From Gammaproteobacteria bacterium (GTDB taxonomy: Bacteria; Pseudomonadota; Gammaproteobacteria; Arenicellales; JAJDZL01): DNA of 64,000 bases. The position numbers were made by a program, and so were the translations under genes. The stretch covers positions 15,122 through 79,121 of the forward strand of contig JAKZRU010000017.1 in the NCBI GenBank assembly GCA_047517965.1. The letters run 5' to 3'. Of the stretch, positions 47,446-57,033 are shown piece by piece. The notes below the pieces were generated by a model. It worked only from the letters and a program-made list of their open reading frames with translations. It was not told the DNA's origin and searched no databases. How positions within the stretch are numbered: position 1 is the stretch's first letter; each line of letters opens with the position of its first letter.

Positions 47446-47757
47446 GCGCCTGTAGCTCAACTGGATAGAGCAACGGCCTTCAACAGGAGCCTTTACAGGG
47501 AAAACCGAACCTGTAAAGTGGAGGGCACTGTATCGGTGAAACCTTAACGCGTAATGGTGATGGCAATACCGAGGAAACCGCAGACTTCATAGAACTGCGG
47601 GATCCGTAGAGACTATACGTGCCCCGCCTGAGATGGCGAAGATATAGTCCAGACTACAAACTGGTGATTCGAATCCAATAGATTCGTTTGATTAGGCAAT
47701 GAAAATTGTAGTAGTACGCTAAGCCGTAGGTTACAGGTTCGAGTCCTGTCAGGCGTG
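47446..47757 (+). tRNA. tRNA-Arg (anticodon UCU) interrupted by a group I intron; exons 47446-47480 and 47719-47757
   Basis: Joined exons give GCGCCTGTAGCTCAACTGGATAGAGCAACGGCCTT|CTAAGCCGTAGGTTACAGGTTCGAGTCCTGTCAGGCGTG. This is nearly collinear with E. coli argU as I recall that sequence. Anticodon stem ACGGC/GCCGT and loop CUUCUAA. CCA is not encoded, and the 1-72 pair is G-U. Confidence 0.85.
47481..47718 (+). ncRNA. Group I self-splicing intron (IC3-like, no ORF) in the tRNA-Arg anticodon loop between nt 34 and 35
   Basis: P1 pairs the 5' exon GGCCUU with GGAGCC at 47486-47491, with a U-G pair at the splice site. P2 is 47491-47499/47510-47518. P3 is GGGCAC 47523-47528 with GTGCCC 47619-47624. 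P4 is TCGGT 47533-47537 with ACCGA 47568-47572. P6 is CCGCAG 47578-47583 with CTGCGG 47595-47600. P7 is GACTATA 47611-47617 with TATAGTC 47643-47649. P8 is CGCC 47625-47628 with GGCG 47635-47638. P9 is ACTACAA 47653-47659 with TTGTAGT 47706-47712. The last intron nucleotide is G at 47718. The core string GTAGAGACTATACGTGCCCC resembles the Azoarcus tRNA-Ile intron core as I recall it. Confidence 0.85.
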
Positions 47758-47833
47758 CTTTGTTTAGGTTGTGAAAGCTCATATCATATAGTTGATGTGG
47801 TTTTCAAACCGCACGCTAAATTTGATAATGTGT

Positions 47834-47910
47834 GGTGGGCGTAGCTCAACTGGTAGAGCTCTGGATTGTGGTTCCAGCGGTCGTGGGTTCAACCCCCATC
47901 GTCCACCCCA
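47834..47910 (+). tRNA. tRNA-His (anticodon GUG) with the extra 5' G(-1), CCA encoded
   Basis: GGTGGGCGTAGCTCAACTGGTAGAGCTCTGGATTGTGGTTCCAG...CGTCCACCCCA is collinear with E. coli tRNA-His as I recall it. G-1 pairs with C73. Confidence 0.9.
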
Positions 47911-47946
47911 TTTTTTAGGGGATTGCTGTAATGTGGAGTGAAATAG

Positions 47947-48921
47947 TTGCGTCTTCCATCGCTTGAAGAAATTAACTCTGCCGCCTCATTAGTCTCCAGC
48001 TATCTCCCACCCACCCCGCAGTATCAGTGGCCATTGCTGTGCAATCGTAGTGGAGCCCAAGTCTGGGTGAAACACGAGAATACGACTCCGATCGGCTCAT
48101 TCAAACTGCGAGGCGGTATCCACTATCTTTCCAACACTCCGCATGATCGCGTAATTACCGCGACACGCGGCAATCATGGACAGTCGGTTGCCTTTGCAGC
48201 AGGCCTTTTCGGTAAAAAGGCAACGGCCGTGATTCCACACGGAAACAGCACCTCCAAAAACGCCGCTATGCGCGCTCTGGGTGCAGAGCTGATTGAATAC
48301 GGTCGAGACTTTTCCGAGGCACACGAATATGCTCACCAGCAGGCCAGACAGCAGGGACTTCACTTTGTCCCCTCGTTCGACCGAAAACTGGTCGTCGGTG
48401 TCGCTTCTTATGCCCTGGAACTGTTACAGGCAGTGCCCAGTCTCGACGCGGTTTATGTTCCGATTGGCCTAGGCTCGGAAATTTGTGCGATGATTGCCGC
48501 TCGAGAAGCGTTAGGATTTGACGTTGAAATCATCGGCGTAGTGGCTGAAAATGCACCCACCTACGCGCTTTCGTTTGAACAGGGAAAGGTTGTCGAAACT
48601 GACTCTGCAGATACTTTGGCTGATGGCGTCGCGGTTCGCGTTCCCAACCGTGAAGCACTGGAAATCATACTCGAATATGTATCCCGGATTGTTCGCGTAT
48701 CGGAACTCCAGATTGCGAGTGCAATGCGCCATTATTTCACGGATACTCATCATGTAGTCGAAGGAGCGGGAGCTTCAACCTTGGCGGCTTTGCTCAAAGA
48801 AAAAGATCTCATGGCCGGAAAACGCGTTGCGATCATAGCCTCCGGCGGCAACGTTGATCTGGACTTGTATATGAGAATACTGAGCCAAGAAATTCCCGAA
48901 ATGCCGACACCACAATCTTGA
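47947..48921 (+). CDS. PLP-dependent threonine/serine dehydratase (threonine ammonia-lyase-like)
   Basis: 324 aa. ENTTPIGSFKLRGG contains the PLP-lysine motif. The glycine-rich loop is SGGN. TTG start. Confidence 0.8.
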   Translation: MRLPSLEEINSAASLVSSYLPPTPQYQWPLLCNRSGAQVWVKHENTTPIGSFKLRGGIHYLSNTPHDRVITATRGNHGQSVAFAAGLFGKKATAVIPHGNSTSKNAAMRALGAELIEYGRDFSEAHEYAHQQARQQGLHFVPSFDRKLVVGVASYALELLQAVPSLDAVYVPIGLGSEICAMIAAREALGFDVEIIGVVAENAPTYALSFEQGKVVETDSADTLADGVAVRVPNREALEIILEYVSRIVRVSELQIASAMRHYFTDTHHVVEGAGASTLAALLKEKDLMAGKRVAIIASGGNVDLDLYMRILSQEIPEMPTPQS

Positions 48922-48957
48922 ATTTGCAAATTTATCTGAATTCACACTACTGCCTAA

Positions 48958-50505
48958 ATGCGAAGAAAATCCGGCCAACGCTCCAAACGCAATCCTGATG
49001 CAATCCCAAGACTGAAGTGGCGTAAGGTAGTCAATCCTTATGCTCCGTTGGAAATTCTTTCCGAGGATCAGGTTGAAGCCATTCATGTGGCTTCTTTGGA
49101 GGTTCTGCGAGATTCAGGCATCAAGTTTTTGAGCGCCAAGGCTCGCAAGATTCTTCAATCTGCGGGGGCGGAAGTCGATGATTCTTCGAACATGGTGCGG
49201 TTTGATCCGGCTCTTGTGGAAGAATTGATTGGCAGCGTGCCGCCAAGCTTTACCCTAACCGCCCGAAATCAAGAAAGATCTCTGGAAGTCGGCGGCCGCA
49301 ATATCAATTTCGCGACCGTGGGTGGCCCTAGCTTTGTTTCCGACCTTGACAGAGGCCGCCGAAGCGGTACCTTGGCAGACTTGGAGGATTTTTTCAAAAT
49401 TGTCCATGAACTTGAAATTTTTCACTTGGGTGGAGCGAATTCATTTGAGCCTTTGGACCTTCCAGCCGAATCGCGGCATCTCGATAAATACCTTGCCGCC
49501 ACCACCTGTCACGATAGAATCTGGATGGCGAATATGATTGGGGCTTACCGAGCTCGCGACGCGCTTGAGATGCTCGCCATAGTCCATCGCATGGAATGGG
49601 AACAGTTGAAGAAGCAACCAGTGACGATGGGCAACATCAATGTCAATTCTCCTCGACAAGTCGATGAATCCATGTCGGATGCCCTGACTGAATTTGCACT
49701 TGCTGGACAGCCTGTACTTGTGACTCCCTTTACACTATTGGGAGCAATGGCACCGACTACCATGGCGGGCGCATTGGTCCAACAAAATGCTGAGGCACTC
49801 TCCTGTATTGCCCTTTCTCAGGCAGTTCATCTCGGGTCACCCATTATTTACGGCAGTTTTTCCAGCAATGTGGACATGAAGACCGGTTCTCCGGCATTCG
49901 GCACGCCGGAATATGTACGAACGACTCTTGCCAGCGGCCAGCTCGCTAGGCGATATTCCTTTCCATTTCGGTCCAGCGGGTCGAACGCTTCCAACGCTCC
50001 AGACGAACAGTCCGCATACGAAACCTGCATGTCCGTTTGGGCCGCAGTCCTGGCCCATACGAACCTGCTGCTGCAAGGAGGCGCATGGCTCGAAGGCGGG
50101 TTGGTTGCGTCATTTGAAAAACTGATTATTGACGCAGAAATTCTACAGATGATGGCAAAATCTCTCGAACCCATTGTGGTGAATGAAGATACGCTCGCAG
50201 TCAGTGCAATTGCCGATGTCCCTCCGGGAGGTCATTTCTTTGGTTCACCACACACCATGGAGCGCTACCAAGATGTGTTCTACACTCCCCTTTTATCTGA
50301 CTGGCGGAATTTCGAAACCTGGCAAGAGGATGGCGCACTTCATGCATCAAAACGAGCCAACAAAATTTGGAAATCACTTCTGCAAGAATATTCCCGACCG
50401 GTGCTAGACGAAGGAATCTTGGAGGAACTGAAGAGTTTTATCGAACGGCGGAAATTGGAGATCGCAAACGGACAGGAAGACGCAGTGCTTCACAGTCGAG
50501 ATTAA
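48958..50505 (+). CDS. MttB-superfamily (trimethylamine methyltransferase-like, non-pyrrolysine) methyltransferase
   Basis: 515 aa. The N-terminal PLEILSEDQVEAIHVASLEVLRDSGIKF is typical of COG5598/MttB proteins. There is no in-frame TAG. Confidence 0.75.
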   Translation: MRRKSGQRSKRNPDAIPRLKWRKVVNPYAPLEILSEDQVEAIHVASLEVLRDSGIKFLSAKARKILQSAGAEVDDSSNMVRFDPALVEELIGSVPPSFTLTARNQERSLEVGGRNINFATVGGPSFVSDLDRGRRSGTLADLEDFFKIVHELEIFHLGGANSFEPLDLPAESRHLDKYLAATTCHDRIWMANMIGAYRARDALEMLAIVHRMEWEQLKKQPVTMGNINVNSPRQVDESMSDALTEFALAGQPVLVTPFTLLGAMAPTTMAGALVQQNAEALSCIALSQAVHLGSPIIYGSFSSNVDMKTGSPAFGTPEYVRTTLASGQLARRYSFPFRSSGSNASNAPDEQSAYETCMSVWAAVLAHTNLLLQGGAWLEGGLVASFEKLIIDAEILQMMAKSLEPIVVNEDTLAVSAIADVPPGGHFFGSPHTMERYQDVFYTPLLSDWRNFETWQEDGALHASKRANKIWKSLLQEYSRPVLDEGILEELKSFIERRKLEIANGQEDAVLHSRD

Positions 50506-50534
50506 TGCTGATTCATTCCGTGAAAAGCCGCTAT

Positions 50535-51581
50535 TCAAACAGATTCCGCTACTCTCGAGTGCTCTCTTCCCGTATTGATATGATCATCGATTAGCTCAAT
50601 CCAGTTTTTGAACATGATCTTACCTTGTGAACTCCACGTGTTCTGTACGGTAGGCAGAATTTCGGACTCAGGAAACTCAGGCAAAGCATCGCCTCTTTCC
50701 ATGGCATCAATAAAAGAAAGCCGATATTCATCCAGTTTCACCTTCGCAGAGGCAGTCAGATAATGCTCAGGATACTGTGGATAATCACTACGTTCGCCAG
50801 CCACCAATCGCCTGATTTCGCGGTTATATTCCTTGAGAAGACTCATTGAATCGTATTCGGGATGACCTTGTAGAAATATCCACTTGAAACCGTCTGAACT
50901 GACTGCAATGTGAAAGTCGGCTTCCTGGCTGTAAGCGAGAATTCGAATTCCAAATTCTTCTAGTTTCTGCGCCTTCATTTCAAAAACATGCGAACGAGGC
51001 ACGTCGAACTGATTAGCCATTCCATTGACTAACGGGTGTTTTGCATCAGTTATTTGATGCGAAAAAACACCCCATCTTTTTCCAGGCAAGCATCGCGTTC
51101 TTTGAATGCCGTGAAAGACGTTTAGTATTGCATGCGATGCCAGGCACGAACACAGGATTGTCGGTACATTGCGATCAGCCCAGTGGATCACTTCCTCGAA
51201 TTCAGTCCAATATTTTTCATCTTTTAAGTCTGAAACACCCGGATTCGCACCCGTCAGTACAAGACCATCCAAGTCTCTTTTTCCAATATCCGAAAATGAA
51301 TCGTAATATCGCTCAACATAGTCCAACGCACCGGCTTCTCGCCCTAACCCACCAATCGTAAATGGATGTACATAGATCAGAGTATTTTCAGCAGCCGCGG
51401 CAATCAATCTGATGAACTGTCTTTCGGTCGCTCGCAACGCACGATCCGGCATCATGTTCAGAAATCCAATATGAATTTCTGACAATGTCGAATTCCAAAC
51501 TTCATCAGGAGCAAGAATTTGAACCCCTTCTTCCTGAAGTCTGTTCCAAGCGGCTATTTCTCGGTCGCGTACAAGTGGCAT
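50535..51581 (-). CDS. Divergent homoserine O-acyltransferase (MetA family)
   Basis: 348 aa. By hand alignment to E. coli MetA (recalled sequence), blocks match at FLNMMP, LDGLVLTGANP, YWTEF, CSCLASHAILN (active-site Cys region), GVFSH, GHPEYD and FKNWI. It has a C-terminal extension of about 40 aa. Confidence 0.65.
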   Translation of the reverse strand: MPLVRDREIAAWNRLQEEGVQILAPDEVWNSTLSEIHIGFLNMMPDRALRATERQFIRLIAAAAENTLIYVHPFTIGGLGREAGALDYVERYYDSFSDIGKRDLDGLVLTGANPGVSDLKDEKYWTEFEEVIHWADRNVPTILCSCLASHAILNVFHGIQRTRCLPGKRWGVFSHQITDAKHPLVNGMANQFDVPRSHVFEMKAQKLEEFGIRILAYSQEADFHIAVSSDGFKWIFLQGHPEYDSMSLLKEYNREIRRLVAGERSDYPQYPEHYLTASAKVKLDEYRLSFIDAMERGDALPEFPESEILPTVQNTWSSQGKIMFKNWIELIDDHINTGREHSRVAESV

Positions 51582-51602
51582 GGCAGGACTTCGGTTTACA
51601 GT

Positions 51603-52448
51603 TCAATCATCCGAGTCGAGTACAGAACAGATGAGCTCGATAAATTCCTGCTCGTTTTGTACATCATCTATTTTTTCTGCCGGCACGGTATAGCCGTACT
51701 CTGAGGCTATCGCTTCGTACTTCGGGCGTCGACTTCTCATTAGATGAGGGAATATCCAGCGTACAAACTCATCTGGATCAATCTGCTCGGAACTGTCGCA
51801 ACCACTCTGTTCCAGATACTCATTCAATCTGACGTCCAAAAAATCGGGCTCATAAAAAAGCGGTTTCGGATGTTTTTCCTGTCGACGGATAATTTTCATC
51901 TCAAGTTCTTCTTTTGTAGATAAATACACAATCAAAGTGTGCTTGTAGAGATGTTCCAACACTCGGTTATCGTTCAACTCGCAAATGCTACCACTGGAAT
52001 CATTAACAAAATGTTCATATCCGTAAATTACATGCGCCTTGCGAATGAACTCACCTACATCGAGCATCGTTTGAACTTCTGCATCTCTATGAAGTTTCTG
52101 GCGTCTTCGAAATTCTTCCAACGCAAGTCCTCCAAGCGACTCGTCGCCGAGCTTACCGACAAATTTTGACAGCAGTTCAAGGTTGTCGAATGTCATGGCA
52201 CTGCCGATGTATATCGAATCACTGCGCAATAAATCTCGAAGAAAACCGACTTTCATCGCCTTCTCTTTAATATTGTCCAGTATGGGTTCATACATGTATC
52301 GTGTTCCAATTCGATAATCCGCCGAAAAATGAAACCACGAGGTAGACGGCAGTTTACGCGCAAGCGTAGTTTTGCCGGCACCGGACATTCCGATAAGCGT
52401 TACGGATTTTCGGTTCATGGACCGAAACTGATTACCAGTTAGTTTCAT
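51603..52448 (-). CDS. P-loop NTPase/kinase-like protein of unknown function
   Basis: 281 aa. The Walker A motif is LIGMSGAGKTTLARKL (shikimate-kinase/AAA_33-like). The rest is unrecognised. Confidence 0.55.
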   Translation of the reverse strand: MKLTGNQFRSMNRKSVTLIGMSGAGKTTLARKLPSTSWFHFSADYRIGTRYMYEPILDNIKEKAMKVGFLRDLLRSDSIYIGSAMTFDNLELLSKFVGKLGDESLGGLALEEFRRRQKLHRDAEVQTMLDVGEFIRKAHVIYGYEHFVNDSSGSICELNDNRVLEHLYKHTLIVYLSTKEELEMKIIRRQEKHPKPLFYEPDFLDVRLNEYLEQSGCDSSEQIDPDEFVRWIFPHLMRSRRPKYEAIASEYGYTVPAEKIDDVQNEQEFIELICSVLDSDD

Positions 52449-52515
52449 TGTTGTTGGTTTTTCAGTTAGTGGATCAAGAGAAAATGGTTATAAGACTCAA
52501 ATGAAATTTCCTGAT

Positions 52516-52770
52516 TTACTGCAGTAGGAAATCCAGTTCGTTATTTGCGTCCAGTACACAAAGATTATCAAAACCCCCAATGCTGACGGAATCAATGAAA
52601 ATCTGGGGTACCGTGCTTTTACCACCACTACGCTCCAACATTTCATTTTTTCGAGACGCATTGAAAGTGACGTCAAACTCTTGGAATTCCGTACCTTTTT
52701 TCTTTAGCATACGTTTAGCGGCATAACAATAACCGCAAAACGGACTCGTATAAATTTCAACTTTAGCCAT
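52516..52770 (-). CDS. grxC: Glutaredoxin (Grx3-type)
   Basis: 84 aa with the active site CGYC in VEIYTSPFCGYCYAAKRML and a TVPQIFI motif. Confidence 0.9.
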   Translation of the reverse strand: MAKVEIYTSPFCGYCYAAKRMLKKKGTEFQEFDVTFNASRKNEMLERSGGKSTVPQIFIDSVSIGGFDNLCVLDANNELDFLLQ

Positions 52771-52776
52771 CTGGTT

Positions 52777-53232
52777 CTATCCGATTCCTGTATGTCCAAA
52801 TCCCCCACTGGCACGCTCGCTAGTTTGAAATTCATCCACTTCCACAAGTTCGGGACGAATTACAGGAACAAATATCATCTGGGCAATTCTGTCCCCCGGA
52901 TGCACAGTGAAATCTTCCGTCCCTCGATTCCAACAGGATACGAAGACTTGCCCCTGATAATCCGAATCAATGAGTCCAACAAGATTGCCTAGCACAATTC
53001 CATGTCTGTGACCGAGCCCAGACCTTGGCAGTAGAACCGCCGCTACTTCGGGATTACGAATATCAATGGCTATTCCCGTAGCAATCAGTTCACAGCCGGA
53101 GGGACGAATCAACAATGCACTGTCGACACACGCCCTCAGGTCCAGCCCTGCTGCACCAGAAGTGGAATACTCGGGCAGGGGTATGGACTTACCCAACCTG
53201 TCATCGAGTATTTTGTAAAGAACCCTTTGCAT
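52777..53232 (-). CDS. dut: dUTP diphosphatase
   Basis: Start set at [10 protein letters not shown] by alignment to the E. coli Dut N-terminus (recalled sequence). GSAGLDLRA-type motif ([11 protein letters not shown]) and GLIDSDYQG. It overlaps the coaBC 3' end by 32 nt. Confidence 0.9.
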   Translation of the reverse strand: MQRVLYKILDDRLGKSIPLPEYSTSGAAGLDLRACVDSALLIRPSGCELIATGIAIDIRNPEVAAVLLPRSGLGHRHGIVLGNLVGLIDSDYQGQVFVSCWNRGTEDFTVHPGDRIAQMIFVPVIRPELVEVDEFQTSERASGGFGHTGIG

Positions 53233-54424
53233 GAAATCGAACAGATATTTGTTCAATCAACTGCTCTGCTACTTCCGTTTTCAAAGCTGGGCCCAACGTC
53301 GTTACTCCAGCACGATCAATGAGTTCAATCGTGTTGAAATCCGAGCCAAGTGCTCCGCCTACATCATTTGCAGCAATCAGATCGACTCCTTTAGAGAGGA
53401 GTTTCCGTCTCCCCTCAGAAATCAGATTCTCGGTTTCCGCTGCAAAACCGACCGCGAACAAATTGGGATGCTGTTTCTTCACCTCGGCTAGAATATCGGG
53501 GTTTCTCACGAGTTCCATTTGCAAAGCATCTGTGTTCCGTTTTTTTATTTTTACAGTCGAAGTCTTTGATGGTCTGTAATCGGCGACAGCTGCTACCGAA
53601 ATGAAGATTCCGTGATCGCTGAGATTTTCTTTTACAACATCCAACATTTCCTGCGCACTCGTAACGCGTAACAATTGGTGTACAGAAACCTGATTCGAGG
53701 ATGTCGTCGGTCCGGAGACAAGAGTCACTTCAGCCCCGGCTTTAACGGCTGCATTGGCAACGGCAAACCCCATTTTTCCTGAACTCCTGTTGGAGATTCC
53801 ACGCACCGGATCGATCGCTTCCCAAGTTGAACCAGTTGTGATCATCACCTTGATTCCTTTCAGCGGTCCATCGGCAAAGATATTGCCCAAACGATCCACA
53901 ATTTCTTCTGGCTGCAGCATCCGACCTAGTCCCGTTTCACCGCAAGCTTGATCTCCCACGCCAGGACCCAGTATGAATACTCCCTGGCTTTGTAACTCGT
54001 GGATATTTTTCTGTGTCGCTTTACTGTCCCACATCACCCTGTTCATCGCTGGCGCAACAGCTATAGGACAATCCGCTGCAAGACACAGCGTAGACAACAA
54101 ATCATCGGCAAATCCATGCGCTAGCCTCGCTATGAACCCGGCACTTGCAGGAGCTACTACAATTGCATCTGCCCAACGTGCCAGTTCGATATGTCCCATC
54201 CCTGCCTCGGCCGCTTCGTCGAACAATTCGCTCCTGACTGGATTGGCGCTAACCGCCTGCAATGTCAGGGCAGAAATGAATTGTGCGGCATTTTGAGTCA
54301 TCACAACCCGTACTTTCGCTCCCTGCTCACGTAGTCTTCGGACTACTTCTGCGGACCGATAGGCGGCGATTCCACCTGTCACGCCTAGTAAAATAAATCT
54401 GTTTTTGAGTTGGCTATACTGCAT
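53201..54424 (-). CDS. coaBC: Bifunctional phosphopantothenoylcysteine decarboxylase / phosphopantothenate-cysteine ligase
   Basis: 407 aa. The N-terminal flavoprotein pattern is [21 protein letters not shown], followed by a C-terminal DFP ligase domain. Confidence 0.9.
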   Translation of the reverse strand: MQYSQLKNRFILLGVTGGIAAYRSAEVVRRLREQGAKVRVVMTQNAAQFISALTLQAVSANPVRSELFDEAAEAGMGHIELARWADAIVVAPASAGFIARLAHGFADDLLSTLCLAADCPIAVAPAMNRVMWDSKATQKNIHELQSQGVFILGPGVGDQACGETGLGRMLQPEEIVDRLGNIFADGPLKGIKVMITTGSTWEAIDPVRGISNRSSGKMGFAVANAAVKAGAEVTLVSGPTTSSNQVSVHQLLRVTSAQEMLDVVKENLSDHGIFISVAAVADYRPSKTSTVKIKKRNTDALQMELVRNPDILAEVKKQHPNLFAVGFAAETENLISEGRRKLLSKGVDLIAANDVGGALGSDFNTIELIDRAGVTTLGPALKTEVAEQLIEQISVRFHAKGSLQNTR

Positions 54425-54537
54425 TTGAGTTACAAAATTTGTTGTGTCTAGTGCACTCGATTTTGATTTACACGTGTCGATAGTATAGAATGTGCGGTTT
54501 CATTGACAAACATCAATATTAATGGTCTGGGATCAAG

Positions 54538-54774
54538 ATGCCAAGAGTTTGCCAAGTTACCGGGAAAAAGACCGTTAGCGGTCACAATGTGTCACACGCG
54601 CACAACAAGACGAAGCGAAAATTTCGTCCCAATCTCCACTATCGACGTTTCTGGGTGGAGAGCGAGAATCGCTGGGTGAAGCTTCGCCTGACGCAGAAAG
54701 GAATTCGTACCATCGACAAGAATGGTATCGATACCGTACTGGCGGATTTACGTGCAAGCGGAACAAAAGTTTAA
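54538..54774 (+). CDS. rpmB: 50S ribosomal protein L28
   Basis: 78 aa starting [27 protein letters not shown]. Confidence 0.95.
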   Translation: MPRVCQVTGKKTVSGHNVSHAHNKTKRKFRPNLHYRRFWVESENRWVKLRLTQKGIRTIDKNGIDTVLADLRASGTKV

Positions 54775-54795
54775 CCACAATTTGAGAGTCTGATC

Positions 54796-54951
54796 ATGCG
54801 AGAAAAAATCAAACTGGAATCTTCCGCTGGAACCGGTCACTTTTACACGACGAGCAAAAACAAGCGCAATTCAGAAGGAAAACTTGAACTGAAGAAGTAT
54901 GATCCAGTCGCTCGAAAGCACGTCATCTACAAAGAAACAAAACTTCGATAA
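54796..54951 (+). CDS. rpmG: 50S ribosomal protein L33 (51 aa, below the ORF-track cutoff)
   Basis: Own translation: [51 protein letters not shown]. It starts 22 nt after rpmB. Confidence 0.9.
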   Translation: MREKIKLESSAGTGHFYTTSKNKRNSEGKLELKKYDPVARKHVIYKETKLR

Positions 54952-54990
54952 GTTCCAAGTCCGACTCCATAAGGAGTTCAGGAAATAATA

Positions 54991-56163
54991 TCAGGCGCTG
55001 ACGCTACCTTTCAACCGAATCGAGAACCGCGTCAGCGCTTCTATACCGGAGGCTTCCGCATTCCGGCACCAATCATCCAGAGCATTGCGAATCGTTTCGT
55101 AAGAAGGCGATGATCTGGTTGCAATGTGGTGCAGCGATTCTTTCATCAAGTAGACTTTATGCAGGCGTTTATTCGTTTCCAGGAAATGTCGTAATCGCTC
55201 CTGATTTTTCTCACTCAACATTGACCTTTCCGCATCAAGTAGGCGTTTCGTTTTTTTTAGAAGCTTCTTGGTGTCTCCTGAAGCTGATCGAATCTCCTCT
55301 CGGCACACATCATCAATCACTTCACGAACATAGTTAGACAGAACCTGAAATCGGTTCGATACAAATGCTTTGACGGTTTCTGCGTCACAGGTATGCTTGC
55401 CTGCATGATAGGTAATGACAGGAATTTTCCTGTGCACCTTCAGCAATTTCATTGCACTCAATAAACGTACATACCACCAGCCCACATCAATTTCCCAGCT
55501 ACGCGCAGAAAATTGCGCAGAACTCGCATAGGCGTGATGATTGTTGTGCAATTCCTCACCTCCGATCAGCAAACCCCAGGGAACAATATTGCGGCTGGCA
55601 TCCGGAAGATCGAAATTCCGGTATCCTGCGAAATGTCCAACACCGTTGATGACACCAGCAGCCCAGAAAGGTATCCAGATCATTTGAACAATCCAAATTG
55701 CCGGTCCAGCTATGATGCCAAAAAGATAGAGATTCAAACCAAGGAGAATTAACAAACCGAGATTCGGATGCCCTGCATAGACGCGCCGTTCTAGCCAATC
55801 ATCTGGTGTGTTTTTTCCGAATTTTTCCAGAATGCCAGGTGATCTCGCAGCTCGCCGATATAGAATCCACCCACCCCAAAGAACTGCGTGAATTCCAGAT
55901 CGCTGTGGGCTATGTGGATCATCATTCGTTTCAACCGTGGCATGATGCTTTCGATGAACTGCCACCCACTCCTTGGTTACGATTCCTGTCGTTAACCACA
56001 GCCAGAAACGAAAAAAGTGACTGAGCGCAGGATGAAGCTCGAGCGCCGAATGCGCTTGACATCGATGAAGAAAAATCGTTACTGAAACGATTGTCACGTG
56101 TGTGAGGGCAAACCCAATCAGTACGTAACCCCACCACTCAAGTTCAAATAACGGAAAATCCAC
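54991..56163 (-). CDS. Membrane fatty-acid (acyl-lipid/acyl-CoA delta-9-type) desaturase
   Basis: 390 aa with histidine boxes HRKHH, HSPQ and HNNHH, N-terminal TM helices and a long C-terminal helical extension. Confidence 0.8.
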   Translation of the reverse strand: MDFPLFELEWWGYVLIGFALTHVTIVSVTIFLHRCQAHSALELHPALSHFFRFWLWLTTGIVTKEWVAVHRKHHATVETNDDPHSPQRSGIHAVLWGGWILYRRAARSPGILEKFGKNTPDDWLERRVYAGHPNLGLLILLGLNLYLFGIIAGPAIWIVQMIWIPFWAAGVINGVGHFAGYRNFDLPDASRNIVPWGLLIGGEELHNNHHAYASSAQFSARSWEIDVGWWYVRLLSAMKLLKVHRKIPVITYHAGKHTCDAETVKAFVSNRFQVLSNYVREVIDDVCREEIRSASGDTKKLLKKTKRLLDAERSMLSEKNQERLRHFLETNKRLHKVYLMKESLHHIATRSSPSYETIRNALDDWCRNAEASGIEALTRFSIRLKGSVSA

Positions 56164-56184
56164 CTTACCTAATCCGCTAAATAA

Positions 56185-56412
56185 CTAACGCTCGTACCGT
56201 TCTCGATAAACGATTCGACCTTTTGTAAGGTCGTAGGGAGTCAACTGAACAATCACTCGGTCACCTCGCAATATACGAATATAGTTCTTACGCATCTTCC
56301 CGGAAATGTGGGCGGTAATAGTATGGTCATTATCTAACTTAACTCTAAAATTGGTATTCGGTAGTGTTTCAAGAACAGTACCATTCATTTCTATCTGATC
56401 TTCTTTCGGCAC
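56185..56412 (-). CDS. infA: Translation initiation factor IF-1
   Basis: 75 aa with [41 protein letters not shown] start. Confidence 0.95.
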   Translation of the reverse strand: MPKEDQIEMNGTVLETLPNTNFRVKLDNDHTITAHISGKMRKNYIRILRGDRVIVQLTPYDLTKGRIVYRERYER

Positions 56413-56608
56413 GATGTTGGGATTAGTCTCCTATATACTGACAATTGTAGCGAAAGTATAAGTCATTAAGCCATAGTATCGTTAGTTGTATTATTGGATT
56501 AATTAGTAGCGAAACTCAAGAGATTCATGAAATTCGTCAGAATCTGTCAAATACGCAACCACGGATAACGCACGGCTGGCAGGACTTACAAATAAAAAGG
56601 AAAGATTC

Positions 56609-57022
56609 ATGCTCTGGACAAAGACATTTCACATTATATTTGTGGTGACCTGGTTTGCCGGCATCTTCTATTTGCCACGGCTTTTTGTTTACCACGCACA
56701 GACAGACGACAGCGTCAGTAACGAAAGATTCAAAATTATGGAGCGAAAGCTCTATTTTGGAATTTCAACTCCAAGCGCTGTACTGGCGCTTGGAACTGGA
56801 TTGATGCTATGGCTAAAGTATGGCTTCGGTGGCAACTGGCTGGCCTATAAACTGCTGTTAGTGGCGATTCTAGTGGCCTATCACGCATGGTGCTGGAAAT
56901 ATCTGATCGACTTTAAGAATGACAGAAACGCCCGTTCACACACATTTTATCGATGGTTCAACGAACTACCCGTCGTTCTGCTTGTCGTAATCGTAGCGCT
57001 GGTTGTTCTAAAGCCAGGTTAG
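56609..57022 (+). CDS. hemJ: Protoporphyrinogen IX oxidase HemJ-type membrane protein
   Basis: 137 aa. KTFHIIFVVTWFAGIFYLPRLFVYH is the HemJ (TIGR00701-like) signature. Confidence 0.8.
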   Translation: MLWTKTFHIIFVVTWFAGIFYLPRLFVYHAQTDDSVSNERFKIMERKLYFGISTPSAVLALGTGLMLWLKYGFGGNWLAYKLLLVAILVAYHAWCWKYLIDFKNDRNARSHTFYRWFNELPVVLLVVIVALVVLKPG

Positions 57023-57033
57023 AGTGTAACGAA

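Noticed and set aside
47261-47473. 70-aa minus-strand ORF.
   Set aside because: It is antisense to tRNA-Pro and to the 5' exon of tRNA-Arg, so it is an artefact.
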